A DNA stretch of 47,712 nt. It comes from Granulicella sp. GTDB taxonomy: Bacteria > Acidobacteriota > Terriglobia > Terriglobales > Acidobacteriaceae. This document shows, one piece after another, positions 25,918-35,383 of this stretch. The DNA is taken from assembly GCA_003142215.1 (NCBI GenBank), contig PLOT01000126.1:5968-53679 (forward strand), in the 5' to 3' direction. The notes beneath the pieces were generated by a model, which did not search any database, was not told where the DNA came from, and saw nothing but the letters and a program-made list of their open reading frames with translations. A program made the translations under genes and the position numbers. Each line of letters starts with the position of its first letter. The first letter of the stretch is position 1.

Positions 25918-27608
25918 AAATCCTCCGCTTTGCCACCGCTCTTCTTCTCGCTTCCTCCGCCTCCATGCTTCTTGCGCAGACGCCGGTTCCGGCAAAAGAG
26001 CCGGCGCCGCCGGCCCCGACCGGGGCGCTCATCGTCGATGTGCATCCGTCTCCCTATCTCTCTACGAACTTCTACGCGTATCGCTCCAAGATCTACTACA
26101 ACAACATCAATATCGGCGATCGGCGCTTCGACATGCGCGACGCAACCCTCCTGGATATGCTCTCTCTCGCGTACAACCGTGAGGGGGACACCATCCTCGG
26201 CGGTCCCAGCTGGATCGACTTCAACCGCTTCGATGTTTCCGCAATGGTCCCCTCTCTCAAGCCCGTTACCTTGAGCAGGGGTCCGGTCGATCCTGCAAAT
26301 CCTCCGACAGATCCTTACGATCAGATCCGTCCCGTCCTCAAGCGTGTGCTCGCGGAACGCTTTCACCTGACGTACCGCATGGAGGACCGGCCACTGCCCG
26401 GCTATGTCATGACGGTCGCAAAGGATGGCGCGAAGCTGGCCGAGGCGAAGGCCCCTGATGCTGAGAACAACTGCCAATATGCGCAGGACAAGGCGAATCT
26501 AGGGCAGCGCACCGTAACCTGCACCTCCGAGACGATAACTCAGTTTCTTTCGATGTATGGCGGTATGTTCCCGCACCCTGTGATCGATCACACCGGTCTC
26601 AAGAAGGCCTACGACTTCACGCTTAAGCTTGTCTACACCAATCAGCGCACCACGGACGACTATATTCGCCTCTATACAGATGCATTCAAGCAACAGCTTG
26701 GCCTCGTAGTCGCAGCCGGGGACGTATCGCAGCCCGTCATGGTCGTCGATACGGTGGACCGCACCCCGACTTCGAACCCGCCGGAGATCGCAAAGCTGGT
26801 CCCGCCTCAGCCCGATCTGGAGTTTGAGGTTGCCACCATCAAGCCGGCCGCGGCCGACGAACCGAAGTGGTGGATTAAGCCCCTCGGCTCGCAGATTACC
26901 TTCGGCAACTACTCCCTACAGGAACTTCTCACTACGGCCTGGCAACTGCCCACCGGGGCCATGCTCGCCAATCGGCCTGCGTGGCTCTCTCAGGTGCGAT
27001 ACACCATCCTGGTCAAACTGCCACCGGATATCGATGCCCTTGCTTTCTCCCAGAACCAGGACCTGATCGACCGGATGCTACAGAAACTTCTCGTCGATCG
27101 CTTCCAGATCAAATACCACTGGGGCGAGCAGACACAGGTTGGCTACGTGCTCCTTGCGGACAATCCAAAGATGAAGAAGGCCGACCCCAACTCGCGGAGC
27201 TCCTGCGACCTTGGACCGGCGGCAGGCGAAAAGGATGTGCGCACGGCACAGAACTCCCCGTTCGACTATGAGTTCCACTGCCAGAATGTCACTATGGACC
27301 AGTTCGCCGACCTTGTGCAGAGCCTCGCAAGGTCTGAGATCAGGAACCGCGTGCCGAACAAGACCGGCCTCGCGGGTTCCTACGACTTTACGCTCTTCTA
27401 CACCAGCACCCCCAAGCTTCAGACCGATGCAACTGCGGCTGTCGTCGCGGCCAAGCAGGCGGGCGATGCTTCCGCATCGGAGCCCGTCGCCGGAGAGTCC
27501 ATAGAGGACGCCTACCGCAAGCAGCTCGGCCTCAGGCTCGAAAAGCAGCCGATAACAGGTTCTGCACTGGTGCTAGACCATATCGAACAGACCCCGACCC
27601 CGAATTGA
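25914..27608 (+). CDS. TIGR03435-family secreted Acidobacterial protein, two tandem domains
   Basis: Signal peptide, GGPSWID..RFDV.A, LAERFHL, PVIDHTGLKKAYDFTL, FEVATIKP, QLGLRLEK...LVLDHIEQTPTPN. Confidence 0.9.
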   Translation: MKILRFATALLLASSASMLLAQTPVPAKEPAPPAPTGALIVDVHPSPYLSTNFYAYRSKIYYNNINIGDRRFDMRDATLLDMLSLAYNREGDTILGGPSWIDFNRFDVSAMVPSLKPVTLSRGPVDPANPPTDPYDQIRPVLKRVLAERFHLTYRMEDRPLPGYVMTVAKDGAKLAEAKAPDAENNCQYAQDKANLGQRTVTCTSETITQFLSMYGGMFPHPVIDHTGLKKAYDFTLKLVYTNQRTTDDYIRLYTDAFKQQLGLVVAAGDVSQPVMVVDTVDRTPTSNPPEIAKLVPPQPDLEFEVATIKPAAADEPKWWIKPLGSQITFGNYSLQELLTTAWQLPTGAMLANRPAWLSQVRYTILVKLPPDIDALAFSQNQDLIDRMLQKLLVDRFQIKYHWGEQTQVGYVLLADNPKMKKADPNSRSSCDLGPAAGEKDVRTAQNSPFDYEFHCQNVTMDQFADLVQSLARSEIRNRVPNKTGLAGSYDFTLFYTSTPKLQTDATAAVVAAKQAGDASASEPVAGESIEDAYRKQLGLRLEKQPITGSALVLDHIEQTPTPN

Positions 27609-27977
27609 GCCTGTGGCTTGCAAAGATGGCGGTCCGCTGTAGAACCCGGCCGAGGTTTGGTACAACAACTGATTGTCGACCATGCGGAGAGGCCGAGCGA
27701 GGATTAGCAAGTAGCGACGCAGAATTAGGACACAGCGGAATGACAAGCAACAGAGGATGCAGGGCGAATAGAACGAAGATGAAGGAAATAAATCAGAATC
27801 GTTGCGAACGAACCTGGACTGGCAAACGTCTCATAAATGGATTCTTTTTTTCAATGCGATTTTTCTTTCATAACGAACTTTCGTTGAACCTTCCGGGCTG
27901 TCTCTGCGTACTTGCAGAGAGCAAACGCAATACAATAACTCAATACAACAACTCAATAGAGCGACTCTAGACAAGGA

Positions 27978-30900
27978 ATGGTGCGAGCAATGACCGAGCG
28001 CAAACTGCGCAGGCCTGGAACCGGTGGAAGACTACTGCTTATCTGCGCGATCGCGTGGCTGAGCGGATTGAGTCTGGCGATGGCTTCGGAGTACCACGGA
28101 CAGGTCACCTTCGGCGGGTTGCCGCTTCCGGGCTCGACGGTGACGGTGACGGCTACGCAGGGAACGAAGACTGCGGTCGCGATCACGGACTCGCAGGGCT
28201 TCTATTCCTTCCCCGACCTTGCCGATGGGAAGTGGACGATCGCGATCGCGATGACAGGCTTTGCACCAGTGAAGCAGGAAGTGACGGTAGCGCCCAATGC
28301 GGCGGCCGGCGCGTTCGAGATGAAGTTGCTGTCGCTGGAGCAAATGCGGGCAGCGGCCAAGCCGGTGAAGGTGGAGGCAGCGCCGGCGGCTAGCGCGAGC
28401 GTCGCGGTGCCGGAGAGTACGAACGCGGCGACTGCGAGCACGGGCACGGCTACGGCGGGCACGGCGGCAACGGCGAAGAAGAAGGGCGCGGCGGCAACGA
28501 CGCAGGAGGCTGGTGCGGCTCCGGCGGCCCCGATAGCGGCTCCCGAGCCGGACGCCAATGCGCAGCAAACCAGCGATGGGCTGCTGATCAATGGAAGCGT
28601 GAACAACGCGTCCACGTCGCAGTACTCGATGTCGCAGGCATTCGGCAACACCCGCAACGGTGGAAGGTCGCTATACAACGGCGGACTGAGCCTGGTGCTG
28701 AGCAACTCGGCGCTGAATGCCGAGCCATACTCGCTGACCGGGCTGAACACGCCGAACCCATCGAACAATAAAATCACTGCTGGGTTGAGCTTTGGCGGGC
28801 CGCTGAATATCCCTCATCTGATGCCGCGCGGGCCCAACTTCAGCATCACGTACAACCGTACGCAGAACAGCAGTATTACGACGCAGTCGGCGTTGGTGCC
28901 GACCGCGGACGAGCGGGCGGGGAACTTCTCCGGGTTGGCGATCTTCAATCCGGCCACGGGAACTCAATACACGGGCAATGTGCCGATCAGCGCGCAGGCG
29001 CAGGCGCTGTTGAACTTCTATCCGCTGCCATCGCCCAGCCTGGCGGGAGATGCGCAGTACAACTACCAGGTCCCACTGAGCAGCGACAGTCATCAGGATA
29101 CTTTGCAGACCAATCTATTTAAGATGATTGGGAACAAGAACTACCTGAATGGAGGGTTCTACCTCACAAGCTCCAGGTCTGGCAGCACAAACCTGTTCGG
29201 CTTTCACGATTCGACGGACATGCTGAACCTGGGTGTGAATGCCACTTGGTACCATCGCTTCACGCAGCGGGTGTGGATGACTGCAACCTATTCGTTCAGC
29301 CGGTCGCGCAGCCAGACGACTCCCTTCTTTGCCAACCGGGAGAATGTGGAGGGCAATGCCGGGATTACGAATGCAGCGAATAACATTCCGACGTACAACT
29401 ATGCGTCGAATTGGGGGCCTCCTGGGCTGGGTTTTTCTAGCGGCATCTATGGCTTGTCCGATGCGACGCTCTCCACCAGCCGTCCGGAGACGAACTCGCT
29501 GAGTTACAACGTGGAGTGGTACCACCAGCGGCACGACATCAAGTTTGGCGGGGACTTTCGCAGGCAGGAGTCCAATTACCTGTCGCAGGCGAACCCGGAG
29601 GGATCGCTTTACTTTACCGGCGCGGCGACGCAGGGGACGGTCAACGGCGTTGCCACGGGCGGATCGGATTTTGCGGACTTCCTGTTGGGAGTTCCCGACA
29701 CGAGCCAGATATCGTATGGCAACGCGGACAAGTATTTTCGCCAATCGGTCTACGATCTGTATGCGCGCGACGACTTCCGGGTGAACTCGGAGTTCAGCGT
29801 GAACTGGGGGATTCGTTGGGAGTATGGCGCACCGGTCACGGAGTTGAAGGGACGGCTGGTGAACCTGGACATTGGGCCGGACTTTACCACCGAGCAGCCG
29901 GTGGTGGGCAGCAGCCCGGAGAGTTATCCATCGTCGCTGGTTCGCCCGGACAAGAGCGGAATTGCGCCGAATGTGGGGATTGCGTGGCGCCCGATTTCGG
30001 GGTCGTCGTTGCTGATCCGGTCCGGCTATCAGATCAGCCACGACACGTCGGTGTATCAGTCTGCCGCGATGGCCATGGCGGTGCAGCACGGTACCCCGCA
30101 GACGCCTCTTTCGACGAGCCTGAGTATCTCAAGCAGTCCTACCTGCCAACTCAGCATAGCGAGCCCATTCGTGGCACAAACGTGTTCCACCACCACCACT
30201 ACGCCGGATTCATTTGCGATGGATCCGAACTTCCGCGTGGGCTATGTGCAGATATGGACCCTGTCGGTGCAGCGGGACCTGCCGGGTTCGCTGGTGACGA
30301 CGGTGAGCTATCTGGGCAACAAGGGGACGCGGGGCGTGCAGGAGTTTCTGCCGAACACAGCGCCGTTCTTAGCGCCTGGGCAGACGGACCCGTACGCGGC
30401 GCTTCCTTCGGGCTATCTCTATCGCACGTCCAATGGAAACTCGACGCGCGAGGCAGGGAGCATCGAGCTGCGGCGGCGACCGCGCAACGGGTTGGCGGCG
30501 GGTGCGCGATACACCTATTCAAAGTCGCTGGATGACGTCTACTCGCTGGGCGGGCAGGGAGGCGTCGGCGGAGGCTCCGGCGTGGCGCAGAACTGGCTCG
30601 ACCTGAGCGGGCAGCGGGGGTTGTCGAGCGGCGACCAGCGTCACGTACTGACCGCGAATGCACAGTACACGACGGGAATGGGGCTGGGCGGAAAGACGCT
30701 GATGAGCGGATGGAGAGGGCTGGCCTACAAAGAGTGGACGGTGAGCACAACGATCAAGTTGGCCAGCGGGACGCCGGAGACTCCGTTCGTTAGCGGCGAG
30801 ACAGTGTCGGGTGGGGGAGCCAATTCAGGGAGCATCCGCGCGAATTATGTGGGTGGGGCGGTGCATCTGAGGTCGGGCGGACTGTTCCTGAATCCCTTGG

Positions 30901-31169
30901 CTTTTCAGGCGCCGGCGGCGGGCCAGTGGGGAACAGCGCGGCGAGACTCGATCACCGGGCCGAACCAGTTCAGCCTCAATGCACAGATGCAGCGCACGTT
31001 CCGGCTGAGCAAGCGGTACAACCTGTCTGCGCAGCTCGATGCCACGAATGTACTGAACCACGTTATGTACTCCGGTTGGAATACGTCGGTTGGCAGCCCT
31101 CAGTTTGGCGCGCCGTCCGGGACCAATACAATGCGGACCCTACAAATCACGATGCGACTGAGGTTCTGA
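27978..31169 (+). CDS. Carboxypeptidase-regulatory-like domain / TonB-dependent-receptor-type outer-membrane protein
   Basis: N-terminal GQVTFGGLPLPG...TDSQGFYSFPDL, barrel motifs (YARDDFRV...WGIRWEY, APNVGIAWRP), C-terminal RTLQITMRLRF. Confidence 0.9.
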   Translation: MVRAMTERKLRRPGTGGRLLLICAIAWLSGLSLAMASEYHGQVTFGGLPLPGSTVTVTATQGTKTAVAITDSQGFYSFPDLADGKWTIAIAMTGFAPVKQEVTVAPNAAAGAFEMKLLSLEQMRAAAKPVKVEAAPAASASVAVPESTNAATASTGTATAGTAATAKKKGAAATTQEAGAAPAAPIAAPEPDANAQQTSDGLLINGSVNNASTSQYSMSQAFGNTRNGGRSLYNGGLSLVLSNSALNAEPYSLTGLNTPNPSNNKITAGLSFGGPLNIPHLMPRGPNFSITYNRTQNSSITTQSALVPTADERAGNFSGLAIFNPATGTQYTGNVPISAQAQALLNFYPLPSPSLAGDAQYNYQVPLSSDSHQDTLQTNLFKMIGNKNYLNGGFYLTSSRSGSTNLFGFHDSTDMLNLGVNATWYHRFTQRVWMTATYSFSRSRSQTTPFFANRENVEGNAGITNAANNIPTYNYASNWGPPGLGFSSGIYGLSDATLSTSRPETNSLSYNVEWYHQRHDIKFGGDFRRQESNYLSQANPEGSLYFTGAATQGTVNGVATGGSDFADFLLGVPDTSQISYGNADKYFRQSVYDLYARDDFRVNSEFSVNWGIRWEYGAPVTELKGRLVNLDIGPDFTTEQPVVGSSPESYPSSLVRPDKSGIAPNVGIAWRPISGSSLLIRSGYQISHDTSVYQSAAMAMAVQHGTPQTPLSTSLSISSSPTCQLSIASPFVAQTCSTTTTTPDSFAMDPNFRVGYVQIWTLSVQRDLPGSLVTTVSYLGNKGTRGVQEFLPNTAPFLAPGQTDPYAALPSGYLYRTSNGNSTREAGSIELRRRPRNGLAAGARYTYSKSLDDVYSLGGQGGVGGGSGVAQNWLDLSGQRGLSSGDQRHVLTANAQYTTGMGLGGKTLMSGWRGLAYKEWTVSTTIKLASGTPETPFVSGETVSGGGANSGSIRANYVGGAVHLRSGGLFLNPLAFQAPAAGQWGTARRDSITGPNQFSLNAQMQRTFRLSKRYNLSAQLDATNVLNHVMYSGWNTSVGSPQFGAPSGTNTMRTLQITMRLRF

Positions 31170-31172
31170 GGA

Positions 31173-33359
31173 ATGCGAATGACTTTTTCTATGCCGATGC
31201 GATTGACTCTGGCCACATGCGTTGTTGTGTTCGCGGGCAGTCGGTGTTTGCCTGCCGGCGCGCAGTTGACGGGGCAGAACAAGCCGGTTGGCAGCGCGGA
31301 CCAGGCTGCAACGATCAAGGTGACGTCGCGGCTGATCATCGAGGCCGTCGGGGTCAAGGACAAGAAGGGGAATCCCATCGAGGGGTTGAGCGCGAAGGAC
31401 TTCACCATCACCGAAGACGGCGTGGCGCAGACGATTAAAATCTGCGAACACAATGCGTTGACGGAGGACGCCACTCCGCTGCCGGTGACTCCGCCCGGCG
31501 AAGAGAACGTCAAGATCTACAACCGGCTGGCGCGAACCCAGATCGCGCCGGAGGCTGCCGGCGAGATTCGATACAAGGACCACCGTCTGCTGGCGCTGTA
31601 CTTCGATATGACGACGATGGGACAGGCGGAGCAGTTTCGCGCTCTGGATGCCGCGCAGAAGTTCATCCGGACGCAGATGACGTCGGCGGATCTCGTCGCT
31701 ATTTTGCGCTACTCCGGAAGCTCGGTCGATATACTGCAGGACTTCTCCGCCGACCGAAACCATTTGTTGAGCATTCTGCAGACGATGGTGGTGGGAGAAG
31801 GCCAGGAGGGCGCGGAGATGGCGAACGACGACAGCTCCTCCGATACCGGCGCGGCGTTCGGGCAGGACGACAGCGAGTTCAACATCTTTACCACGGACCG
31901 CCAACTGGCCGCGTTGCAGACGGCAGCCGAGGCGCTGGGACGGTTGAATGAGAAGAAGTCGCTGATCTACTTTGCCAGCGGCCTGAACCTCAATGGGCTG
32001 GACAACCAGGCGCAACTGGTGGCCACCGAGCAGGCGGCGATCCGCGCAGGCGTGTCGTTCTGGACGATCGACGCGCGGGGGTTGGTGGCGTCGGGGCCGC
32101 TGGGCGATGCGTCTCAAGGCTCGCAGGGCGGCTCGGCGATGTATACCGGGGGAGCCGCGTCGGCGATGATGAGCCGCTTTGCGCGGTCGCAGGACACGCT
32201 GTATCAGTTGGCCCTCGATACCGGAGGCAAGGCGCTGCTGGACAACAACGACCTGGACCGCGGGATTGTGAACGCGCAACATGCGGACTCCGACTACTAC
32301 ATTCTGGGCTACTACACCAGCAATACGGCGGTGAACGGGAAGTTCCGCAAGGTGAAGGTTACGCTGAATTCGGAGATGGCCGCCAATCTGGATTTCCGGC
32401 AGGGGTACTTCGGAGAGAAGGAGTGGGGCAAGTTTACGACCGCGGACAAAGAGCGCCAACTGGAGGATGCGCTGATGCAGGGCGATCCGTGGACGGAACT
32501 CACGATTGCGATGGAGATCAATTATTTCCAGTTGAACAAGGCGGACTACTTCGTACCCATCATGGTGAAGATCCCGGGAAGCGAGCTGGTGCTGGCCAAG
32601 AAGCGCGGCGCGGAGCAGGCGACAATCGACTTCGTGGGCGAGATCAAGGACGACTACGGCGGGACGACGGTGACCAACATCCGCGACTTTGTCCCCGCGA
32701 AGCTGAGCGACAAGACCGCGGCAGAGCTGGCCAAACGCCCGATTGAGTACTCTACCGGGTACACCTTGATGCCGGGCAAGTACACCATCAAAGTGCTGGC
32801 GCGCGATGACGCGACCGGCCGCATCGGAACGTTCCAGACCAGCTTTGTGATTCCCAACCTGAACAAGGAGACGAAGCGGGTGGCGATCAGCTCGGTGGTG
32901 CTCTCGGGCCAGCGCGCTCCGATGACCGAGGCCATCTACAACGCCTCCAAAGGAAAAGAGCAGGCCAAGGAGGCGGCCGCGGACCCGCTGATCCAGAACG
33001 GCGAGAAGCTGATTCCCAGCGTCACGCGGGTGTTCAGCAAGGGACGCAGCATGTATGTGTTTCTACAGGCGTATGAGGGCGCAACGGCCGCTTCAACGGC
33101 GAGGCAGACAGCCACTCCGCCTTCGGTCAAGCCGCTGATCGCCTTCGTCAGCTTCTATCAGGGGCAGAGCAAGGTGTACGAGACACAGCCTGTGGAGGTG
33201 TCGCCCAATCCGAATACGGAGCTGAAGACTGCACCGCTCAACTTTACGGTCGATCTGAGCCAGCTTCCGCCCGGAAAGTACGACTGCCAGGTGACCGTAC
33301 TCGATCCAACGGGAGAGAAGGGAGCATTCTGGCAGGCACCGATCCTGCTGGTGCCTTAA
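31173..33359 (+). CDS. VWA-related Acidobacterial domain protein (TIGR03436-like)
   Basis: VKDKKGNPIEGLSAKDFTITEDG, KKSLIYFASG, LALDTGGKAL, YYILGYYT...GKFRKVKV. Confidence 0.9.
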   Translation: MRMTFSMPMRLTLATCVVVFAGSRCLPAGAQLTGQNKPVGSADQAATIKVTSRLIIEAVGVKDKKGNPIEGLSAKDFTITEDGVAQTIKICEHNALTEDATPLPVTPPGEENVKIYNRLARTQIAPEAAGEIRYKDHRLLALYFDMTTMGQAEQFRALDAAQKFIRTQMTSADLVAILRYSGSSVDILQDFSADRNHLLSILQTMVVGEGQEGAEMANDDSSSDTGAAFGQDDSEFNIFTTDRQLAALQTAAEALGRLNEKKSLIYFASGLNLNGLDNQAQLVATEQAAIRAGVSFWTIDARGLVASGPLGDASQGSQGGSAMYTGGAASAMMSRFARSQDTLYQLALDTGGKALLDNNDLDRGIVNAQHADSDYYILGYYTSNTAVNGKFRKVKVTLNSEMAANLDFRQGYFGEKEWGKFTTADKERQLEDALMQGDPWTELTIAMEINYFQLNKADYFVPIMVKIPGSELVLAKKRGAEQATIDFVGEIKDDYGGTTVTNIRDFVPAKLSDKTAAELAKRPIEYSTGYTLMPGKYTIKVLARDDATGRIGTFQTSFVIPNLNKETKRVAISSVVLSGQRAPMTEAIYNASKGKEQAKEAAADPLIQNGEKLIPSVTRVFSKGRSMYVFLQAYEGATAASTARQTATPPSVKPLIAFVSFYQGQSKVYETQPVEVSPNPNTELKTAPLNFTVDLSQLPPGKYDCQVTVLDPTGEKGAFWQAPILLVP

Positions 33360-33361
33360 TG

Positions 33362-33509
33362 CCATTCTGTTGGCTCTATACAGTTGTGTTGCATCGGGAT
33401 GGATGGAATGCCGCGCGTCGCGCAGGGCGTCGAGGTAGTCGATAAGCGCAAGGTTGCCGTGTTCGTAGCTGAGGCGCGCGATGTCGAGGACATCTTTTGA
33501 TTCGGCTAG
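33362..33509 (-). pseudogene. Remnant of the C-terminus of a TolC/CzcC-family outer-membrane efflux protein
   Basis: LAESKDVLDIARLSYEHGNLALIDYLDALRDAR resembles the OEP C-terminal helix motif (A..Y..G...L.DYLDA.R). No upstream coding continuation. Confidence 0.6.
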
Positions 33510-33842
33510 GGAGTGCCCTTGCATCCCAATGTCGTATAGAGGACAACACAAACAATTGCCCCCCCACCTCGTTGTTATCCGATTCATCGGTTGCCCATGT
33601 CTTTCAGGGGGTTGTTTTCCATTCCCAATCGCTCAAGCCCAGCGATCATGCCTTCGTCCGGAATGGTCTCTCCCCCTCGGTTCAGTCAATTATGAATCAG
33701 GCTTCTAACCTGCATCGTTCATGAAGCTGCCGAAGAGTGGTTTTGGGGCGGCGACAGGATCGTCCAGGTCTCCGGAAACCGGAGATTCTCTGTTCCTGCC
33801 GACGATTGTTACTAGCCCCATCGCAAACACAGGCTGCCGGTC

Positions 33843-34973
33843 TTAATCGCCGAGGCACGTCCCCACCCTGCGAGCAGATTCCACCCACGAATGGTCCGGT
33901 GGCACCAACTTGACCTTGCCTGCGACTTGATCGAGCGGCACGGGTTCGGTGTCGTCGCCGCGTGCTGCCACCATCACGCCAAACTGGCCCAGGTTGATCA
34001 GATCGGCGCAAGCGCTGCCCAGGCGCGTCGCAAGGATTCGATCTTCCGCGCAGGGCGAGCCTCCTCGCTGCACATAGCCAAGAATGGTCAGGCGGGACTC
34101 AAGATGTGTCAGTTCCTCAAGCTGGTGGGCCAGGCGCAGTGTGTTGCCTTGATGCCGGACCTCAAGCGCGGTGATCTCTCGCTTGGCCTCCAGCTTCTCG
34201 TTCAAGGTCTTGGCGCGTTTGAGAGCCTTTTCGGCTATTCCAAAGACGCGCGCATCGTTCTGGCTCATCGCGCCCTCGGCGACCGCCACAATACTGAAGT
34301 TGCTCCCTTGCTTGCAGCGTTGGCCGATGGCCTCGGCGATACTCTCCACCTGGTAGGAGATTTCGGGAATTAGAACAACGTCCGCCCCCCCGGCGAGTCC
34401 CGCACCGAGCGTGAGCCAGCCGGCGCGATGTCCCATGATCTCAGTCACGATGATGCGGTGATGGCTGTGAGCGGTGCTGTGCAGGCGGTCGATGGCGTCG
34501 GTGGCAATACCCAAAGCCGTGGCATAGCCAAACGTGGCATCGGTCATGGCCACGTCGTTGTCGATGGTCTTGGGCAGCGTGATGACGTTGATGCCAGCCT
34601 GGTGTAAACGGTATGCGTTCTTCTGCGTGCCGCCTCCTCCGAGGCAGACCAGGCAATCGATCCCCCACTTCTTGAGGTTGTCTTTGATGACAGCAGTCAT
34701 GTCCTTGGGGTGTCCGTCAATTACCATGCGATGCGGTTTGTCGCGGCTAGTGCCAAGAATGGTGCCTCCAATGGTTAGAATTCCGGAGAGAGCGGAGTGG
34801 TCCAGATCGATCCGCTTATTCTCAACCAGGCCGCGAAAGCCATCGCGAAATCCAACGACCTCCATGCCGTAGTAGCCGTGCGCGGCCTTGCCGACACCGC
34901 GGATGGCGGCATTCAGGCCGGGGCTGTCGCCGCCCGCGGTCAGGATACCGATGCGCTTGACCTTCTTAGCCAT
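33843..34973 (-). CDS. pfkA: 6-phosphofructokinase (PfkA family)
   Basis: [52 protein letters not shown]. Confidence 0.95.
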   Translation of the reverse strand: MAKKVKRIGILTAGGDSPGLNAAIRGVGKAAHGYYGMEVVGFRDGFRGLVENKRIDLDHSALSGILTIGGTILGTSRDKPHRMVIDGHPKDMTAVIKDNLKKWGIDCLVCLGGGGTQKNAYRLHQAGINVITLPKTIDNDVAMTDATFGYATALGIATDAIDRLHSTAHSHHRIIVTEIMGHRAGWLTLGAGLAGGADVVLIPEISYQVESIAEAIGQRCKQGSNFSIVAVAEGAMSQNDARVFGIAEKALKRAKTLNEKLEAKREITALEVRHQGNTLRLAHQLEELTHLESRLTILGYVQRGGSPCAEDRILATRLGSACADLINLGQFGVMVAARGDDTEPVPLDQVAGKVKLVPPDHSWVESARRVGTCLGD

Positions 34974-35274
34974 TTGACAACACTATCAGACATTGCACAG
35001 TTTCTTGTCGAGCCAAGACTCCGCATTCCGTCTCACCCTTGTGCGCTCCAACGATAGAAGGATGCCCGTTGTGCAAGTTCAACACGCCGAACCCGCTGCA
35101 CCACTGAACTTGCCGAAAACGAGTTTGCGGGCAGTTCGATTGAATCCGGGTTGCCGCGAACAGGGTCGATTTGGCCCGTATCGAACATAAGTGGCGACGA
35201 GTCCGAAGGATGAGAGGCCAAGTGGACTGAACTAGTCGTTCGGTCTGGCGTGGCTTGAGGAATGTGCCACTAAG

Positions 35275-35382
35275 GCATTTTCGCAATTGCTATAGACCCA
35301 AAATGGATTGTCATTCTGAGCGTAGCGAAGAATCCCCGCATTTTGCTCGCTGCGCGACGGTCTACACCTTTAGCAAAAATGC
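35275..35382. mobile_element. MITE/REP-like element of about 108 bp with imperfect terminal inverted repeats
   Basis: GCATTTTCGCAATTGCTATAGACC vs reverse complement of the right end GCATTTTTGCTAAAGGTGTAGACC (18/24). Internal GTCATTCTGAGCGTAGCGAAGAATC REP-like motif. Confidence 0.65.
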
Positions 35383-35383
35383 T

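Noticed and set aside
35105-35140. Imperfect hairpin GAACTTGCC...GGCAGTTC upstream of pfkA
   Set aside because: Bulged and without a U-tract or known riboswitch motif.
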